Assembly: GCA_964016885.1 (NCBI GenBank)
Contig: OZ024742.1
Span: forward strand, 284,518,001-284,582,000
DNA from: Eledone cirrhosa
Lineage: Eukaryota
Direction of reading: 5' to 3'
DNA length: 64,000 bases
Below, piece after piece: positions 24,756 to 39,583 of the stretch. The position numbers and the translations under genes are program-made. How positions within the stretch are numbered: position 1 is the first letter of the stretch; the number at the start of each line of letters is the position of its first letter. The notes beneath the pieces are model-generated. The model was not told the origin of the DNA, did not search any database, and saw only the letters and a list, made by a program, of their open reading frames with translations.

Positions 24756-26214
24756 AGAATGGCTTCTACCAGAATTACGACCGGGATATAGTATATCCCT
24801 TCCCCAGCAGGCTTGCTTCTCATGGGAAGTAATTGATCTTTAAAAAAAAGAAAAAGAAAACATCACAGAGATTCTTAAATACCAAATAAAATATGTTCAT
24901 GGCACTTTGTACACTGCTGTAAGTTGAAATAACCACAAGAAGAATTAATTTAAGAAATGAAATATCATTATTGTTTCTTAGCTCCCACAGGTTTCATTTT
25001 ATGCCTCTGAATTAAGCTCATGTACTAAGGTTTCCATTCCGGCTCTATGCCTTCCCTCAACATGCAAGAGATAACAGCCAAGTCTTTCGCAAATCGCAGT
25101 CCACTGTCTTAAAAAAGGAAGAGCCTACATTAGAGTTTTGCATAGCTGAGAGGTTAAGACATTCGTTTCGTCTGGGGATTTGATACCACAGTGTGGTATC
25201 TTGGCTAATTGTATTTACCGTACTATCGTGTTAACCCAAACCTTGTGAGAGAAACTAGCTAGATGGATAGATGGAAACTATACAGAGGCGCGGGAAGCCT
25301 TTCTGAATGGGTGTGGGGTTGGGGGTTCCAAATTTGGTCAATTTAGTTGTAGTGATTAGTTTAGTTCTTTGCTCTCTAAAATGGTCAGAAAACTTCGATA
25401 TGCGATAAACATAACATCCACATAAATTGTTGTGTATATACAAAAAGATGTGTGTTTTAGTAGTTTGTGCAGAAAAATATAATTACCACCCCTGATATAG
25501 AAGACCCTCGTCGAATGGATTGTACAGGAATTTAAACGGCCAGCATTGTCATACATATTGTGCCATGCTTGTTCGGCTTGGGCATAATGTTAGGGATACA
25601 CGTGTCTGTGGAATACTCGACCGCTTACACATTAATTCACGAGTAGGATATTCAGTTGATCAAACAACTGAATGATCATCGTCGAAACCGACGGAGGATC
25701 CCCCCCCCCTCATCCTCCTACTACTACTACTACTCGTCGTCGTCGTCATCATGTCTAAATAGTATATAGAATAGTCACGGTTGAAACACCCTTGATTACA
25801 TGTCTGCTCAATGAAGGTTGACCGGGAGGAGGGGGGGGGCTGTTTCTTTTTGACAGATTAATCAAGGAAGGGTTTGAAATAGAGGTTGTTGAAATAGAGG
25901 AAGATATTCTCAAACTAGACGCTTGCTCTGAATGTTTACAACAGAGTGGGCTCTACTAAAGGTAGCCAAGGGCCAATTAAGGGTGCTAAACTGAAAATTA
26001 AATCTACCAAAGAAGTGAAATAAATACCACAAGGCATCTCATCCACTGTTGTAGCATTTTCGCCCTGGATAGACTCTTCTTTTTTTTTTTTTGCATCGCA
26101 AAAATGAAAGACAAAATTGTTGTTGGCGGGTTTGGGTTTAGAGAGAATAGAGCTGGAAGAAACACCACAAGGTATTTTGGCCTACTCTCTAACAACTCTG
26201 TCAATTCGCCGTTA

Positions 26215-26647
26215 CACAACAACTACAACAACAACAACAGCAACAACAGCAACAGCAGCCACAACAGGAGCAATGGCAACAGCAACTATAACAACAGCAA
26301 CAACTACAGCAGTAATAACAACAACAAAAACAACACTAACAATACTAACAACTTCAATAAGAACAACAGCAGCAACAGCAACAACAGCAGCAACAACAGC
26401 AACCACAACTACAACTATAACAACAACTACAGCAGCAATAACAACAACAGCAACAGCAATAACAAGAACAACACTAACAATACTAACAACATTAATAACA
26501 ACAACAACAGCAATAACAACATTAACAATACTAACAACAACTACAACAGCAATAACAACAACAACAACACTAACAATACTAAACAACAACAACAGCAATA
26601 ATAACAACAGCAACAACACTAACAATACTAACAACGACAACAACACA
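26215..26647. repeat. (AAC/AGC/AAT)n trinucleotide tract
   Basis: Direct reading. Confidence 0.95.
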
Positions 26648-26929
26648 TGATTAATCTCTACACTTATAACTTACTCATTTGTTTATACAAACTTATATAA
26701 TCACACATGAGCTACTGACACAGCAGAATACATACATATAATTGTTTCTACTTTAGGCACAAGGCCAGCAACTACCCCAGTGTATTACTGGTACTTTATT
26801 TTATCGACCCCGTAAGGATGAAAGGCAAAGTCAACCTCGGCGGTATTTGAACTCAGATCGTAAACGGACGTAACTATGCTGGAAAGCATGGCGTCCGACC
26901 CTGCAGAATACATACATATAATACTATAT

Positions 26930-28613
26930 AACCACACTCACACATACATACATACACACACCCACACACACATATAGACACACTCACATGCACACACACA
27001 CTCACACACATACACACACACACACACACATATAGATACACTCACATGCACACACACACACTCACACACTCTCACACACACTCACACACATATGCACACA
27101 CACACACTCACAATAACGCACACACACTCACACACGCACAAACACACTCGCACACTCACATACACACACATACACTCACAGACACACACACACACTCACA
27201 AACACACATGCACTCACATACACACAGACGCACGCATACACTCACACACACACACACTCGCACACTCGCACACATACAGACACACTCACATGCACACACA
27301 CTCACACACTCATTCACGCACATACACACACACACTCACATACACATACATTCGCACACTCACATACACACACATACACTCACACACACACACTCACTCA
27401 CACACACACACACTCACTCACACTCACATGCACACACACACACTCACACACACTCATAGATGCACATACACACACACTCACATACACACATACTCACACA
27501 CACACACTCACATACACGCACACACACTCACACACTCTCACACACACACATACACGCACACACACTCGCATACACTTCCATCTTCTCACTCACCAGACAA
27601 ACAAATTTATATATACATAAACATACACTCACTCACACACACACACACACACATACGGACACACTCACATGAACACACACACTCACACACTCATACACGC
27701 ACATACACACACACTTACACACACACACTCACATACACACACATGCACACACACACACACACACACTCGCGCACTCACAAACACACACTTGCACACTCAC
27801 ATACACACACACTCACACACACTCACATACACACACTCACTCACACTCACACACATACGGACACTCACATGCACACACACTCACACTCACACTCTCATAC
27901 ACGTACATACACACACACATACTCACACACACACATACACGCACACACACACTTGCATACACTTCCATCCTCTCACTCACCAGACAAATTTATATATACA
28001 TAAACACACACACACGCACACACACTCACACACTTACACACATACACTCGCACACACACACACGTACGCACACACTCACACACATACACACACATACACT
28101 CACACACACACTCACATACACACACTCACTCTCACACACACATAAACATACGGACACTCTCTCTCACACACTCACACACTCGCACACTCACAAACACACA
28201 CACGTACACTCACATACACACACATACACTCACACACAGACTCACATACACACACTCACTCACACACATACGGACACACTCACACACACACACACACACT
28301 CACACACTCATACACGCACGTACACACGCACACTCACATACACACACACATTCACATACACACACACGCACACACACACGCACACACACTCAACACAAAC
28401 ATACACGCACACACTCGCATACACTTCCACCCTCTCACTCACCAGACAAACAAATTTATATATACATAAACACACATACAGACATACTCACATACACACA
28501 TGTTCTGTCAATCATTCACACATACATATATATATATATATACACATACACTTACATTCGAACCGATCAACACATCACACACACACAGACACACACAGAG
28601 ACAGAGACACACC

Positions 28614-28652
<39 letters not shown>

Positions 28653-29238
28653 GACTGAGAGAGACACACGCACACACAAATACATGCGCACACGCACGGA
28701 CACGCACACACACACAGACACACGCACACACACACAGACACAGTCTCACAAACAAAGATACTTTCTCTGACATGTAGTCACACACATACACACACGCACA
28801 CAGAGTCATACACCCACAAATATTTTTTCTCAGACACATGTAATCACACACACAGAGTCACAAACACAGATACTTTCTCTGACACATGTAGTCACACACA
28901 GACGCGCACTCACACACGCACACACATACGCACACAGAGTCACACACCCACACACAGATTCTTTCTCAGACACATGTAGTCACACACACACACACACAGA
29001 GTCACACACCCACACACAGATTTTTTCTCAGACACATCTAATCACACACGCACAGAGTCACACACCCACACACAGATTCTTTCACAGACACATGTAGTCA
29101 CATACGCACACAGTCACACACCCACACACAGATTCTTTCTCAGACACATGTAGTCACACACACGCACAGAGTCACACTCACACACACAGATTCTTTCTCA
29201 GACTCATGTAGTCCTACACACACACCCAGTCTCACAAA

Positions 29239-29274
<36 letters not shown>

Positions 29275-29300
29275 GTCTCACAAACACACACACACACACA
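26930..29300. repeat. Degenerate (CA)n field with embedded minisatellite units
   Basis: CTTCCA..TCTCACTCACCAGACAAA occurs 3 times, and ~40-bp CAGATTCTTTCTCAGACACATGTAGTCAC units run across 28750-29215. Confidence 0.9.
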
Positions 29301-29872
29301 AGTTGGACATCTTTATCGTCGTAAATCTTATGTTGTATGAATGTTTTCATCACTTGGTTGTTACGGAGCTCTGATGAAATGAAAGAAGCAGCCTCAGTAT
29401 TGGGATCTCTCTATGTAAAATTATATCCTCCCATGGGTTGTGCTGATAACAACATATTCGTGTGTGGTTTAATATATAATTACGTCACTAAACCACACAC
29501 ATTTCCGTTTCCGGTCGGCTACATATACATGCAAATGAATGCATTTGTACATTTTGCAAGCTTTCTTTGTTCGTCTTATTTGCCAAACCAACCCATTTCA
29601 AGCTTTTTTTCTTCTTTTTATTATTATTATCATTATTATTATTATTATTATTATTATTGAATGCCATGGTTGACGGAGGCTCGGCTATGTAAGGTATTGT
29701 AAATTTTGACCGCTATAACAATTGTAAATTGTTTAAAACTTTAACCAAATTGTAGACAAAAACACCCTCCTCCTCGTGAGAAGGATCTTTCTGCCCGTTA
29801 TTTGGCCCTTCGGGGTTAAATAACCGCTTATTGGGGTTTTGTGCCCAATATTTATTTTAAACAAAACAAAAC

Positions 29873-31984
29873 ATGGCTACGAAAAAGAATTTTCATAGGT
29901 CACTCCCACTCATTCCGTCTTCTTCTTCCTCAATCGTCACTACAGCAGAGAGAAGATTATCTCTCTCCCTCCCTTCCCTAAATGTGTCTCTCTCCCTCCC
30001 TTCTCTTTCGCAAGCGACGCCAGTAAAGAAAAATCACGTGGAAAGCGTGCAACATTTCTCCACGACGACAACGACGAAAAAGGTGTGCGGGAAATACGAA
30101 AACCCATTTCATTCGTCTGACGTCATGAATAATAGCAGTAGCAGCCGTAATAACAGCAGCAGCAGCAACAGTAGCAGCCGCAACAGCATCAGCAGCAGCA
30201 TAAACAACAACAGCATTAGCAGCAACAGCAACAACAACAGCAGCAGCAGCAGCAACAACAACAACCACAGCAACAGCGGCGGCGGCAGTAGTCGTAGTAC
30301 CTGCAGCAACAACAAAGTAACAGCAGCTCTGACGACAACAACAACAACAGCAGCAGCAAAGAAAAACCAATCTCATTTGCAGGTATCGCTAAGAACCTGG
30401 AAACCATCCTCATAACAAATGAGGAATTACAGGAAGCGAAGAAGATGGTGACGAAAACCGGACACCGAGTAATCTGCAAGGCAGCCGAAAAATTTTTCGA
30501 AACCCAACAGCACTGTACGGTCACGTACCGTACAGTAAGCACAAAATCCCGTACGGTTGAAAGAGCCACAGAGGCTCAAATACAAAAAGCCTTAGGGTCT
30601 GTGTGGCAGCGGAAAACGCATATCACCCGAGGCAAGAAATATGCCATCGTAGACGTGCTTTTTGCCACATCCCAGGAGGCAAAGGCTCAATCCTTAGTGA
30701 CCCTAAGGAGCGAGGAAATGGTGTTGGTGCCCTCCTACTGCGGGCCAAAAATTGTGAGGGTCAAACTGACCCACGTCCCCCCCCGGGATGGCCCCTTCTT
30801 GGCTGGCCGCGTCTGTCCTCGTCGGAATCGAGGACAAAACAACTGTACTGCAAGTACAGAAAAAAGTAAGAGAAGATTCGGTCGGCACCTCCATTGAGAT
30901 GTTATTCCAAACCAACCAGGAGTGCATCGAAGCTATCCCGGATGTGATAGACTTCGATAACGGCACTCAATTGCCCATAAGTGTTGAGGGCAAACGCCCG
31001 AAATGCTTTCGCTGTGGATCGAAGACTCACCTCAGGGCCTTCTGCAACGAGAAGACCCTGAGAAAGGAGAAAACCCCCCTGCTTCCGAAACCGGCTCCAC
31101 GGCTACCAGCAACAGGACAAGCGGCAACCAGGAACGATAGGTCCGTGGCACCCATACCCACGCCACGGAAATCAAGAACAGCAGCAGCAGTGGAAGTATT
31201 AACAACAACAACAGTAATACCAAATGCAGCTGCAACAGAGACTCCAATGCAAACATCACCAACAACAACAAGTGAAAGAGTGGAGCTGGTACCCCTCCCC
31301 GACCTCACAGAATCAGACATGGAGTGTGAGGTGGGAGAGGGATGGCAAAAGGTCGTAAGAAGGCACAAACGCAGAAGCAGCGCATCATCGCCTTTGAAAA
31401 GGGAGGAAAGAAATGAGAAAAGGGTAAAGTCTACTGCAAAGAGACTCACAGCAGCAACACCACCAACACCATCACCACCCACACTAGCACCACCATCACC
31501 ACCGGCGACAACCCCACCGCCAACAACACCTTCAACACCACCACCACAAGCACCAACATCGCAAACACAACAACAAAACAGACACACCCAGCAACAACGA
31601 CAAGAAAATAGCAGAACCACACCCCACCCCCAGAAAAAGAAATGCAGAGCAATAAATACACACAACAAGAAACTAATGACTTACATAATTGAACACACAG
31701 ACATTTCACAGCACGACTACATAATACCAGCACCAATCAAAACGCCAACGAACATAAGACTGCTAAAAATAGCACAGAAACAATACACAAACATTAAAAC
31801 GAAATTCCCAAACGCAGTTGGTGATTTCAGAGACCTAGGAGGGACTCTCAACCGGAGAGTATATTCGGACATACTCATAGAAGAGCCGACGACCAGCCGA
31901 AGGAACGATTCAACGGTCCCTTCACCAGACGATCAAGTGAAAAGGGATGGAGAAACCATCCTTCCTCTACCAAAAGTACGGTAA
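29873..31984 (+). pseudogene. Tx1 ORF1 (gag-like zinc knuckle protein), frameshifted
   Basis: CCHC knuckle CFRCGSKTHLRAFC and GWQKVVRRHKRR motif. Split across ORFs 29873, 30445 and 30788, with shifts near 30365 and at the poly-C near 30780. Confidence 0.8.
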
Positions 31985-32019
31985 GTGGTCTTTCCCATCT
32001 TTTCCACTCCATTTTAAAC

Positions 32020-35000
32020 ATGACGTCACTCAGAATAGGCAGCATAAATGCGCGTGGCTTGGGGTCGTCATGGAAGCAGGGTCACCTGCTCAACGACCTC
32101 AGGTCACTAAACATAGATGTAGTGGCCATCAGCGAGACCAGAATCTCCGAAGCACGGGCCTTCGCACCGATCTTCGGCGGCTACGATGTGTACGCATCTC
32201 CCAGCCGTCCTGGATCGGGTGGAGGAGTTGCTGTGCTTTTTCGGAGAGGTTTGGATCTCGCCATACGGGCCATCTTCCTGGACTCAGAGGGTAAGTTGGT
32301 GGTGCTGGACGTGACCAGCGGAGACGGGCAAGCTTTCAGGCTAGTGGCCGTCTATACCCCGACAGGAGCAGGGCGGCCTGATTTCTTCCGGCGTCTGGAG
32401 ACCTTTCTTGGAACCTCCCGCTCTTTAGTGTTAGTGGGCGACTGGAACGGGATCTTAGATGCACGCTGGGACTGTGTGGGATTAGCGGATAGGGGTGGAG
32501 GTGCAAGAGCCTCACCAACTTGCTCAGGCGTTTTGAACTGTCTGACAGGTACCGATTGGATTTCCCGAATGTGCCAATGTGGACTTGGACAAATCGCATA
32601 GGGTCATCCAGATCATATCTAGATAGAGTATTTTGTAGGGAAATAGATAGGTCTAGCATAGGCTGTCCACAATTCAAGATAGTCAGCTACACGGACCACA
32701 AATTCGTGATCTGTGTGCTTGACTTAGATAGGCTTCATAGACGAGGACCCGGCTACTGGAAGCTAAACGCGTCCTTACCAGCGCGCAAGGCCTACAGGGA
32801 CCGGATTCGCGAACTAGATAAGCGGGCGTTGACGGGGGCCATCGTCAACAACAAGTGGTGGTTTGCTCTGAAAAGAGCGATTAGAATAGAATCCATTAGG
32901 TTTAGTAAGGCTTTAGCAATAGAGAAAAATAGAGCAGAGGGAGAACTAGTTAGAAAATTAGACGAGGCGCTTAGCAAAGGCATCGCGACCGACGTGCTTG
33001 CGGCGAAATTGGCCCTTGACCAATTCTTCAATGCAAAGCACGAAGGCTGCGTTGTCAGAGCTAGGGTGCGTGCTCTCAGACATGAGGGGACGAAAGCCGT
33101 TCAATGGGCCCGAGTGGCGGAGGCGCGTCGTGACAACAAAGCCACGATCCGGTCTTTGGTGGACCTCGACGGGCGCATGCTACTCGATCCCGGGAAAATG
33201 TGTGAAGCTTTTCAGCGACACTTCGCTCAGCTGTTCGGGGGCAGCGGTGGGCCGGGTCGAGGGATGGACTTTAGTGTCTACCTCGACGGACTGCCGCGGC
33301 TCTCGGCCACTGAGGCGGAGTGTTGCGAAAAGCCGATAACAGCCGCTGAAGTACGGGAGGCAATGACTGGCTGCACAAGGGGTAAATCGCCTGGTTTGGA
33401 TGGTCTGTCCCATGAAGTTTACGTACAGATGCCAGACTTGTTCGGAGGCCTCTTGGCGGACGTCTACTGCAACTGGCAACAGAACGGGAGAATTCCCAGC
33501 TCTGTGAGCCGAGGAGCGGTGGCACTGCTGAGAAAGGATCCGAACAAGGGGGATAACATAGATAATTTCAGGCCCATAACTCTGCTAAACACAGAGTTCA
33601 AGATTTTGGCCAAGGTGCTAGCAAAGAGGTTGGCGCTTGTCGTTGGTGGTCTGGTGGGAGAGGCGCAGACATGCGCCATTCCCGACAGATCCATCCACGA
33701 CAACCTCCACCTCATGCGATACATCGTAGAGAGGGTAGCTAGGGAACCTGGCACGGGTGGGTCCTTGATCAATTTAGATCAGTCGAAAGCTTTCGATACG
33801 GTCGACCATCGTTACCTAGCGGCAGTCCTCTCGTCCCTCTTGTATGTATTGACTCTCGAGCCATTACTGCACAAACTGGAGACGTTGAGAGGGGTCCCGC
33901 GCGAACTAGGATGCGGAAGATCCGTGTCAGCATATGCGGACGATGTCACCGTAGTGGTGTCGATCGCCAAACACATCGAGGCGATCGGCACTACACTAAG
34001 AGAATACGAAGCGGTGACAGGAGCAATGATCAACCAGGAAAAGTCAGTGGGCCTGCAGCTCGGCACCTGGAGAGGCAGGTCCATGCTGTCCAACGGCGTC
34101 GTCGGGCGCTGGACGGACGGACCGGTTAAATTGCTAGGGGCCTGGTTCGGTCCGGACCTCCAGACGGACAAAAACTGGGACGAGGTGACGAGCAGGGTGG
34201 CTTCTCTCACCCAGAAATGGGCGGAGAGGAAGCTATCCCTGAAAGGTCGAGCGGAGGTGGCTAACGCGCACATCGCGTCTGTCATCTGCTCCGCCTGACC
34301 GTCGTACCTTGTCCTAAGCCCCGCCTGACTGCGCTAGAGCGTTTGCTCTTTCGCTTTTTGTGGAAGGGACGCGCTCCGATGGTCAGGCGGTCCATCTGCT
34401 GTCAACACCCGCTACGTGGAGGGCTGGGCATGCCGTGGCTGATGATGCGCAGACACGCGCTCAGGCTACGACATCTCCACCTCTTCCTCGACGGTGATCA
34501 GGTGTGGTCGCCGTTTGCTAGACACGTCTTTCCCCAGCTCGTCTCCTTGACGGAGCTGCAGTCCTGGGTCAAGCGAAGACCGAGAGGGAACGCTTGGAGA
34601 CTGGAATGTCTTCAGGCGCTCAGAGCCCTCGACCAATCGGGCAATGTGATCGGTGGAAACTCCACATTGGCGTTCTATAGAGGATTAGTAGAGAGGAAGA
34701 GCGACGACGTACTTGGAGAAACTCTAGGCGTCGACGAAAATCAACTAGCCAATCTCTTCGGAAGGACTTTCGGGCCGGGGCCTATGGACAACTTCCAGAA
34801 ATCCCTGGCCTGGCAGTACTACCGGGGAACTTTGCCAGTTCGGGATAAAAACTCTACACGCATGGAGGTGCCGTCAGCCGGGCATGTCCGAGATGCGCGC
34901 AGGGCGACGAAACCGTCCTGCACGCACTCGTCCAGTGTCCGAGCATTGCTGACTTGTGGGTTTATGTCGAACACCTGCTGTCACGTGTAGGACGGATCCA

Positions 35001-35295
35001 ACTATCAGCTGAGTTCATCGTGAGGAATGCCCCGCCCTCTTCCTTTAGCCGGGAAGGGCAGGCAGTTTTTATCTGTCTGGTGGCCATGGCGAAAGAGATA
35101 GTATGGTGGACACGTTTGAAAGGGCTGAAGACGAGCACTTACCTCTCTACCCTGATTAACCTTTTCAAATTTCATTTGAAAAGGAAAATCAGGGTAGAGA
35201 GGGAAGTGCTCTCTTCCCAGCATTTTGTTGAAAGATGGGTGAGAGAAGCAAGTATGGCCCGAGTGAATGGGCCTTCTCTGAGTATGTGTCTGTAA
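32020..35295 (+). pseudogene. Tx1 ORF2 (APE + RT + C-terminal CCHC), frameshifted and deleted
   Basis: SINARGL, ISET, GDWN, SYLDR, TDHK, WKLN, FRPITLLN, LDQSKAFD, AYADD, then CPRC...HALVQC in a shifted frame. The QG-containing RT segment is missing near 33830. Confidence 0.9.
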
Positions 35296-35580
35296 ATTAA
35301 AGGTGGAAAACTGGGAGAGGGCACTTGCCCTGGTGGTCAGGGTCACTGTGGTCTTTTAATGGGCTTTCTCCACAAATGTCCCTCGGAAGTTGGGGAATTT
35401 TTTGGGGAATTTATTGGGGAATTTATTTTTTGGGGAATTTATTGGGGAATTTATTGGGGAATTTTTCTTTGTTATTTTATTACATCCTCTGTTTTTTTAC
35501 ACGCAGAAATGCCCATTTGTACCGTCCTGTATTGTCCTTAATGTCTACTTTATGTAAACCCTTGTGGTTAATAAAGAAAA

Positions 35581-35631
<51 letters not shown>

Positions 35632-35632
<1 letters not shown>

Positions 35633-37220
35633 TGAAACTTCCTTTGAATTCTGTTTCTTTTCCAAATCATGCCGAGTGTCAACCTGACACCGGAGGCAAA
35701 ATTTGATAATACACACATTTTACAATCAATTGTCATACAAATGATGTCACAAAGGCACAAACAACAATAACTGTCTTTGCAAGGTTTTTAAATTGGACAG
35801 TGCCAGTCAGCACTATTTTCTGTATCTCTTGCAGAGATGGCTTTCCAGGTATCTGGTCTAAATATTTTTCAGTTCTCTTTTTTTTATCATTCCAAGTGCG
35901 CCGACTATCACTGGTAAAGTACAGGCCTTAAGATGCCACATTTTCTCAATTTCAGTTTATAGATCTTTATACTTACTGAGCTTTCCAAACTCTTTCGAGA
36001 TGTCACTATCTGATGAAATGCTCATGTCAATTAAAAAATATGTTTTCTCTTTATTGTCCTTCCCAATTATATCAGGTCTGTTGGTCTTGATTGTCCGGTC
36101 AGTATTCACAGAGAAATCTCCTAGCAATGTTTCTCGCCTCCTGTTACTGCATCTGGGTGATGGTTGCACCATTTTCCCTCAGTTTTCAGACTACAGAACC
36201 TGCACATTACTCAGTGTAAGTATTGCCCCACTCTATCATGCCTCGTTTTATATTACTGGGGAGTTAATGCCTTACATTAACCAGGTAAACAATGGTCTCA
36301 ACATAATCATCACAGTTTGGATCACATTGGCTTGAAAGTTGCGTATTGAAAGACACTGGTCTTGTGCAGCTGAAATGAAGCCCTCACTCTCTGCCTTTGG
36401 CCTAGAACTCCGCAACCACTAATGGGTGAGATCTTGATCTACATAAGGTTCTTTGATACAGAAAACATACTGTCCATGCAGTGGTTTTTGCTCCCATTTA
36501 GTGCACAGTTTCTGTTGACCTTCATATTTTGCCAACATTTTGATGTTATTTGTGGCTTTGATTGTAGAATCGCCATCATTTTCAAAATGTATTCCTAAAT
36601 CTTCGGCAAACCTCTTATTTTCCTTTGTGACTGAATGTATCCTTTTCTTCCTTTCGTGAACTTTGCATCATCCAGTCATCTGGTTTTAAGGTACTCATCG
36701 TGTCCAATGTCGATATCTTGTGTGATAGCTCGAGCTGGATCATTTCTCTACCCCCGTTTTGTGTAGAGAAACAGAAGCGATCCACATCTGTTTTGGGGTA
36801 TTTTATTATAGGTCAAACCTTTCCTGATTTTGGTGTCCATTCTCTTAATTTTGTTAATGTTCCCATTTATGATACTGAAACTGTAGGTGACAACTGGGAT
36901 TGCAAGTGATTTATGACAGATAGCTTATTCCTCGAGTTAAGCACATTTTCAAGACAGCACATACTCTCCGGTAGCATTCCTTCCTAATTCTCTCTTTCAT
37001 GCTGGTGAGGTGAATACCTTGGTTTTCTTTGATCCCTAGATATCTGTAGGCCTGTTCCTATTCTAGTACTCTAATTACTGTATTCACATCTATTTCCATT
37101 AAGTTTGTGCTTTCATTCTGCCTTTCTTGAACGTTGCTTTGGCGCATATTTCCAATCCAAATTCCATCCCTACACCATTGCTGTTTTTGACATACAGTTT
37201 CGAGTCATCCATATAAAACG
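35632..37220 (-). mobile_element. Degenerate R4/Dong-like LINE (RT C-half + RLE endonuclease)
   Basis: Minus-strand YMDD (37204-37215), YRYLG, KPLHGQY, ESEGFISAAQDQ, NRPDII...LIDMSISSD...KLSKYKDL, VIVGALG. Its 3' end abuts the (TTA)n tract. Confidence 0.85.
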
Positions 37221-37829
37221 GGTTATTTATAGTTTTGCTGTCTATTTTGTAGCCATATTTTCTTTTGTTACGTGTTGGAGACAGCGGTGTGAGTGCAATG
37301 CAAAATATCAGAGGAGAAAACGAATCACCTTGAAAAACACCAGTTAATACTTATACTTATTCCATCACTGTGTGATAATGATAGATTTGTATTCCATATA
37401 GATATGTTGTATTTCACGAAGTTTGATATTACTGGGGAAATTTTCAGAACACTCAAAGTTTTCAAAATCTATGTGTGGCGAACACTGTCAAATGCTTTCT
37501 TATAGTCAATCCAAGCAGTACTCAGATTTCTATACTTTTTATTATTATTATTATCATCATTATTATTGGATTAGCAGTCTCGGTAGAGCGTCTGACACTT
37601 GGCCATGGTAGATTTAGAGATTAACAACAACAACAACAACAATGACGAAAAGCTAACAAGGGAGTCTCTATGGTGGTTGCTTAATCTGCTATAACAGACA
37701 AATCACACACTACTGAGAAAAAGAAAACGTGAGACCCCTTTAGATAAGGTGGTCGTAGTCTTTGGATAATGTGCCTGAAAATTGACAGGATGGTCACGGC
37801 TGAGACACACAACAACAGCAACGATCGTA

Positions 37830-39060
37830 CAGTTATTGTTGGACCTCCATCGGTTACGACGATGTGTGTTTTAGTTGATTGATCAACAGAACAGCTTGCT
37901 CGTAAAATTAACGTGCAAGTGACTGATCATATTCCACAAACAACGTAATTTTTAGGGAGATTCAGCGTGACACTGTGTGTGACAATGCTGGCCCTTTGAA
38001 TTACAGGTACAAGTGATGTTTGCCAGTTGACGGGACTGGAGTAAAGTGAAATAAAGTATCTTTCTCAAAGCCCCAACACACCGCCAGGAATTGAAATCAC
38101 GTACTTGCGACTGTAACCATTAAGTCACGCACCTCCACGTTGTATAATGCAATGAAACAAAAATGCTTCAGACAAACATACATTCTTATCGTAGAAACAT
38201 TTTTGTTGTTGTTCGTAAAAAAAATGTTTCGTTAAAATAATGGAAACGAAATTCGAATTGGAATTATATTCCGTTAATCCAGATGAAGGACGAAAATAAA
38301 AAAAAATACATAAATAAATAAAGCAAGAAAAGAATATTTGTTAACTGTTACCGTAGGTGGGGAATAATACCATTGCACCGCTGTTTGACACCAGCCACTA
38401 ATGTGGTGGCTGTTTACTTTAAATCCCCTCCTCCTCTTACAAAATGGAACAAAAAACCAAGAAGCTCCGCCATTGTTTTCTATTTTGTTGTTGTTGTTGT
38501 TACTTTATTGTTGTAGGTGTTGTTGTTGTTGTTGCTGTTGTTTCTTTATTGTTGTAGTTGTTGTTGTTGTTACTTTATTGTTGTTGTTGTTGTTTTATGC
38601 GTGGGTGAGGTTTCGGAATTGGGTGATACAGCACAGTCATTGTCCTCGTAGACATTTTGTCTTTCTTGGATTATGTTTCCAAGTACTTACTGACACAACG
38701 GTTATGACTGATTCTCCACCGGTTTCGACGATGAACATTTCAGTTGTTCCATCAACTAAACGTCCAACTCGTGAGTTAACGCGTAAGTGGTTGATTATTC
38801 CACAGACACGTGTACCCTTAACATAATTCTCAAGCCGAATCAGCACAACATAGTATGTGACAAGGCTGGGCCTTTTGAATTACAGGTATAATCTAGCTGA
38901 CGGGCTTCCATACAGTTTCCGTCTACTTCATTTCACTCATAAAATCAGGGTCAACCCGAGACTATAATAAAGACACTTGCCCAAGATGCCACGCAGCGGC
39001 ATCGAACCCAGGAGTTCCTAATTGTGAAGCAAACTTCCTAATCATTCAGCCATGCCTGCG
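37830..39060 (-). mobile_element. Cluster of SINE family 2 copies (37830-38140, 38690-38890, 38895-39060; related copies ~25540-25700+, 55570-55700-, 56140-56470+)
   Basis: Shared blocks TTCCACAGACACGTGTACCCTTAAC, GTGTGACAAGGCTGG, AAGACACTTGCCCAAG and a tRNA-like ATCGAACC. Confidence 0.7.
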
Positions 39061-39378
39061 TCATGTGACCCAATATCAATAATATCGATTACAACAACAT
39101 ATTTAACACCTCAAACATGGTCACTTTCGGAATGCAAGGAAACCTTCCTAAAATACTGGACACACACTATAGGTATATGAACACACGCTACAGTAGGTTC
39201 TATTTCTGAATGGCAATACCTCTAACCAGTAGAGTAGCAATGGCTCTCAGTACCCGGGGTAGAAAGACATCTTAGTGCGCCACCTTAATTAACAAGCATG
39301 ACAGTACTGGTTGAGTAGACCTACGAACAAATGTGTCCCAGCAGTGATCATGTTTTGTGGTATTTACGATTAGATTTG

Positions 39379-39545
39379 TCAAATGTGACAAATCAAACCA
39401 CTGTATAGACTAGTGGGTTCCAAATCAGGTGCCCCGGCACACTAATGTGAAGCGAGATGTAATTAGCTGAGCCTCAAATGAACAAGATTATATTTCAAAT
39501 GTGACAAATCAAACCACTGTATAGACTAGTGGGTTCCAAATCAGG
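39379..39545. repeat. Exact 51-bp direct repeat
   Basis: 39379-39429 equals 39495-39545. Confidence 0.9.
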
Positions 39546-39583
39546 AAGTGAGAAATGCAAATTGAGAATTGTAATAAACTTCT

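Larger units (their letters stand above)
29659..35631 (+). mobile_element. Tx1/L1-clade LINE, near full length, disabled
   Basis: Two-ORF layout, 3'UTR with AATAAA and a (TTA)n tail, and (TTA)n also immediately upstream (29618-29658). Confidence 0.9.

Noticed and set aside
24758-24828. Possible second exon (NGFYQNYDRDIVYPF...)
   Set aside because: The acceptor lies in GT-rich satellite without a pyrimidine tract, the donor is weak and the peptide is not recognisable.
29370-29390. CTGATGA-AAT-GAAA hammerhead-like string (similar strings near 36010, 53310 and 55188)
   Set aside because: No stem II or stem I can form, and several lie inside LINE coding sequence.
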